This document shows positions 60,821 through 64,000 of a stretch of DNA of 64,000 nt, piece after piece. A model generated the notes under the pieces. The model was not told where the DNA came from and did not search any database. It was given only the letters and a program-made list of their open reading frames with translations. The position numbers were made by a program, and so were the translations under genes. Every line of letters begins with the position of its first letter. Within the stretch, counting starts at the first letter, position 1. The stretch is from Fidelibacterota bacterium (GTDB lineage Bacteria > Fidelibacterota > UBA8477 > JABMPR01), in NCBI GenBank assembly GCA_021734255.1, contig JAIPJM010000012.1, positions 12,291 through 76,290 on the forward strand, read 5' to 3'.

Positions 60821-60953
60821 ATGTGGGGTTGCTCGGCTGGATCAACCCTGCCGGCAGACGGGGAGGAGCGTGGGTGGGCGGCTCCCGGCTTTGGTCCTGG
60901 CCCCGGGAAGAGGCTCTTCATCTGCGTCAGGGTAGGCCGGGGCGGGTTTCGTG
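60821..60953 (+). ncRNA. Candidate structured RNA (long imperfect hairpin) upstream of the integrase
   Basis: Nested complementary blocks ctcggc/gccggg, accctg/cagggt, gcaga/tctgc, aggagc/gctctt, tcccgg/ccggga; many G-U pairs on the + strand; extended -10 TGtTAAGAT at 60814-60822. Confidence 0.35.
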
Positions 60954-61088
60954 TTGGATTGTTTTGATTGCAGTCCTAAGTTCCGGCCAATCATTTACAA
61001 CGGAAACAGGGCGTCGTGATTTCATGTGGTTTCGAGTCAATTCAGAGCAGCAAAATATTTTTATGCCTAACGGCCGGCCGGGGCGAAT

Positions 61089-61952
61089 GTGAATGCCCGG
61101 GAGGCATCAAAGCACCCTTTTGCAGCCTATCAGGATTTGTTGATCCGGAAGCGATACAGCCAGAATACGCTGAAGGTATACTGCTCTTATTTTCGTGATT
61201 TTGTGCAGCACTTTGGTGTCGAGCAGATAGACCGTCTGGGCAGGGACGAAATAAATGCTTATATCCTTTGTCTGGTGCGGGAGCGTGATATTTCCCGGAG
61301 TCAGCAGAACCAGCGCATCAATGCCATCAAGTTCTATTATGAAAAGGTCTTGGGCCGGCCGAGGCAGATTTATGAGATTGACAGGCCGAGAAAGAAGGTG
61401 CGTTTGCCACAGGTTTTGTCCAAGCGTGAAATCAGATCAATACTTGGTCAAATTCAGAATCTGAAACACAGGATGATTGTCTCATTATTATATTCTGCAG
61501 GTTTACGACGTTCAGAAGTGCTCAACTTGAAAATTGCCGACATTCAATCTGAAAGATCTGTTTTACGTGTCCGCGGCGCTAAGGGCGGCAAGGACCGATA
61601 TAGCTTATTATCGGAGCAGTTGCTTACAGGGTTAAGGGAATATTATCGCAGTTATCATCCACAGGAGTATTTGTTTGAGGGTCAGGGTGGTGGCAAGTAC
61701 AGTGCGGCAAGTGTGGCAGCTGTTTTGAGGCGGGCTGGGGCAGCGGCCTTAAAAAAGCGGGTGACACCGCACATGTTAAGACACTCCTTTGCCACGCATT
61801 TACTGGAGCAGGGGACGGATTTGCGCTACATTCAGGAGTTATTGGGGCATAGCAGTTCCAAAACAACGGAGATCTACACCCATGTCAGCAATCGTAATTT
61901 AAAAAAGATCAAGAATCCCATCGATGAGATTCTTGATCCTTCGGAAAAGTAA
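61089..61952 (+). CDS. Tyrosine recombinase, IntI-like but without the integron-specific insertion
   Basis: SAM-like N-domain (YSQNTLKVY, SQQNQRINAIKFYY), YSAGLRRSE, KGGKDR, HMLRHSFATHLLE, IQELLGH, TTEIYTHV. Confidence 0.93.
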   Translation: MNAREASKHPFAAYQDLLIRKRYSQNTLKVYCSYFRDFVQHFGVEQIDRLGRDEINAYILCLVRERDISRSQQNQRINAIKFYYEKVLGRPRQIYEIDRPRKKVRLPQVLSKREIRSILGQIQNLKHRMIVSLLYSAGLRRSEVLNLKIADIQSERSVLRVRGAKGGKDRYSLLSEQLLTGLREYYRSYHPQEYLFEGQGGGKYSAASVAAVLRRAGAAALKKRVTPHMLRHSFATHLLEQGTDLRYIQELLGHSSSKTTEIYTHVSNRNLKKIKNPIDEILDPSEK

Positions 61953-62018
61953 AGATACTCCTCGGATTTGGCAGAATAAATGCAATGTAGAGTGGGCCTA
62001 CAATGAAAATAAATACAA

Positions 62019-62044
62019 TAAACATACACAGACGTTAGCCGTCA
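62019..62044 (+). mobile_element. Putative attI-like recombination site or cassette boundary
   Basis: TAAAC-ATACACAGAC-GTTAGCC; GTTRRRY core at 62034-62040; low-GC cargo begins here. Confidence 0.5.
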
Positions 62045-62094
62045 CTCTAAGAAGTACACTGCAATTTGACAAATAGTTAAACCGAAAGAAGAAA

Positions 62095-63084
62095 ATGAAA
62101 ACAAAAAATAAAATAACCCGAGGGATAACTAAAGACTTTGCAGAGGCATTCAAAAAAAGTGAACTTTATAAGCTTTGGGGAGAACATAAAGATGAATTAT
62201 TTATTGGCGTGAGGAATGATTATCTGAATTTATATTACAATTGTGATAGCATTGCCAAGATTGAATACAAAAAACTAGACAAGAAAATTGATTGCGAAAT
62301 TGATAAGTATTATATAGACGGAAAACATTATAACAGCAAAGACAAAGAAAAACGATATAAAATTGAGCAGAAAGAAATCTGCAAACAATACGAAGTTATT
62401 AAAATGCACAGCAATGATAAAGCAACTCCAGAAAAAAAGGCTCAATCAAAATTAGTTCTCTTAAACAATGAAAATTCAGATTCTAATTGGTTTTGTATTG
62501 ATGTTGAATATGTAAAAGCATTTAATAATAAAGCAGAAAAAAAGGAAGCAGATTTTAATGGACGATTTGATATTATCGCACTTTCCAAAATGAAACCGCA
62601 TAAGGTTGCTTTGATAGAATTAAAATATGGCAGCGGTGCCATAGGAGGCACAAGTGGAATTTACAAACATGTTGAGGATTTTAGCAAATTTTGCGAGAAA
62701 GGTTATTTTGAGGGACAATTAAAACAAGAAATTATTGAAATAGTAAAAAGTCAGAAAGAACTTGGAATAGCAGTGCCATTTAAATCGCCCGAAGAGTTTG
62801 ATATATTAACGCCTGATTTTTACTTTATTACATTAGACAACAATGCTGAAAAAGAAAATGCAAGCACACCTAAACAAACAATGGCAGGCTACCTTTTCAA
62901 TGACAAGCGTTGGGGCTGTAAAAAATTAACAACTAAAGATTCTGTAGAGAAAATGTTTGGTGATATCACAAAGAAAGACAATAAATTTTTTGCCACATTT
63001 TTATTTTCAAAAGCAACGCTTGAAAATATTGGAATTACAGACATAATTGATGGCACTTACAATGAAAGAATTTTACCTGTATGA
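62095..63084 (+). CDS. Uncharacterised PD-(D/E)xK-like nuclease (low-GC cargo)
   Basis: EKKAQ, IDVEY, GRFDII, LIELK motifs; sampled lines 27-32% GC. Confidence 0.7.
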   Translation: MKTKNKITRGITKDFAEAFKKSELYKLWGEHKDELFIGVRNDYLNLYYNCDSIAKIEYKKLDKKIDCEIDKYYIDGKHYNSKDKEKRYKIEQKEICKQYEVIKMHSNDKATPEKKAQSKLVLLNNENSDSNWFCIDVEYVKAFNNKAEKKEADFNGRFDIIALSKMKPHKVALIELKYGSGAIGGTSGIYKHVEDFSKFCEKGYFEGQLKQEIIEIVKSQKELGIAVPFKSPEEFDILTPDFYFITLDNNAEKENASTPKQTMAGYLFNDKRWGCKKLTTKDSVEKMFGDITKKDNKFFATFLFSKATLENIGITDIIDGTYNERILPV

Positions 63085-64000
63085 AACTAACAATACATAG
63101 AGGAACAAATCAAATTGGAGGTTGCATAACCGAAATTGAAAGTAGCGGCTATAAGATTTTTATTGACTTTGGCGAACAGTTGCCAGGGACGGAGATTAAA
63201 GAATTGAACCCGATAGATGGATTAACTTGTGGTGACATTTCAAAAAGTGCATTATTCATAACTCACTATCACGGCGACCATATTGGAAAAATTTGCGATA
63301 CTGTTGTTGATTTACCAATATACGTTGGAAAAACTGCACTCAAAATATTTAGTTGTCTCGAAAGCAGATTATCATATATCCCAGACCCAAACGAGTCAGA
63401 AAAACATAAAAAAATTGTTGAGCGTATTAAGACAATCAACACTTTTGAGCAATTACAAAAAATAAGAATCGGAGAAATTACCGTTACACCATTATTAATT
63501 GACCATTCCGCTTTCGATGCTTATATGTTTATTATCGACGCTGATAACAAACGAATACTTCACACGGGCGATTTTCGCGGACACGGATTTAGAAGTAAAG
63601 GACTTATTCCAACGCTAAAAAGCTATGCCAAAAATATTGATTACATAATTTCGGAAGGTTCAAATATTCAACGTCCAAATGCGACAATCCAAACGGAGCA
63701 AGAATTGCAAAAAGATTTTGAATTGCAATTTAAAAACAACAAATACAACTTTGTTTTAGTTTCTTCTACTAATATTGACAGAATATTTGCACTGTACCAT
63801 GCTTCAAAAAATGCAAAACGCTGTTTTGTATGTGACAGTTATCAGACTAGTATTTTAAAAATAGTTTCCGAAAATCATAAGCAATTCACTAAATTTTACG
63901 ATATAGATTTCAACCAAACAAGAAGCCCTGTAGGTCGTTTCTTTGATTTAAAACGTCAAGGACAAAATCCATTTTCTTTCGATGGTAAATTAAAAACGTA
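63081..64000 (+). CDS. Metallo-beta-lactamase/beta-CASP (RNase J-like) hydrolase, runs off window end
   Basis: Not in the ORF track. Manual translation, open to the end: MKLTIHRGTNQIGGCITEI..IFIDFG...ITHYHGDHIG...DHSAFDAYMF...LHTGDFRGHG...ISEGSN...SSTNIDR. ATGA overlap with the upstream gene. Confidence 0.9.
   Translation, partial: MKLTIHRGTNQIGGCITEIESSGYKIFIDFGEQLPGTEIKELNPIDGLTCGDISKSALFITHYHGDHIGKICDTVVDLPIYVGKTALKIFSCLESRLSYIPDPNESEKHKKIVERIKTINTFEQLQKIRIGEITVTPLLIDHSAFDAYMFIIDADNKRILHTGDFRGHGFRSKGLIPTLKSYAKNIDYIISEGSNIQRPNATIQTEQELQKDFELQFKNNKYNFVLVSSTNIDRIFALYHASKNAKRCFVCDSYQTSILKIVSENHKQFTKFYDIDFNQTRSPVGRFFDLKRQGQNPFSFDGKLKT

Noticed and set aside
60714..61198. Short ORFs upstream of the integrase as a frameshifted integrase N-terminus
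   Set aside because: In-frame TAA at 61068-61070, no recognisable homology in the other frames, and the ORFs overlap the GC-rich hairpin.
61089..61952. Calling the recombinase intI, xerC or xerD
   Set aside because: It lacks the IntI-specific insertion, and its N-terminus and TTEIYTHV context do not fit the housekeeping Xer proteins.
63283..63465. 60-aa ORF in the track
   Set aside because: Out-of-frame overlap inside the real MBL/beta-CASP gene starting at 63081.
1..64000. CRISPR array, rRNA or IS transposase
   Set aside because: No regularly spaced direct repeats, rRNA-like sequence or DDE/HUH transposase ORF seen.

Overview
Bacterial chromosomal window, about 45-50% GC by eye and densely coding. 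It probably comes from an FCB-group organism such as Marinimicrobia; this is an inference from the short RpoD lacking region 1.1, the CarboxypepD_reg-type TonB receptors, the DGGGPS-like UbiA and regular Shine-Dalgarno use. Most of the window is housekeeping: hppA, pth-rplY-prs-tRNA-Gln-ispE, ispF-queA-ruvB-uvrA, aroQ, rpoD-rpsU, sodB, prmC, dnaE, dtd, PhoH, ogt, arsC, an Lrp-hom-Cys/Met lyase operon and a lysine dehydrogenase/permease/TonB cluster. The most striking region is the right end (60.8-64 kb). A long G-U-rich hairpin precedes an IntI-like tyrosine recombinase that lacks the integron-specific insertion. Downstream and co-oriented lies a GTTRRRY recombination-core-like site where GC falls to about 30%. 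This is followed by a coupled PD-(D/E)xK nuclease and beta-CASP/MBL nuclease pair, i.e. a candidate non-canonical integron-like cassette platform with a candidate defence cassette. Other notable items are a GxxExxY nuclease gene bracketed by its own inverted repeats, several REP-like palindrome families (two apparently nested in each other), and a candidate structured leader upstream of a TonB receptor. All calls come from motif recognition only; no database searches were run.
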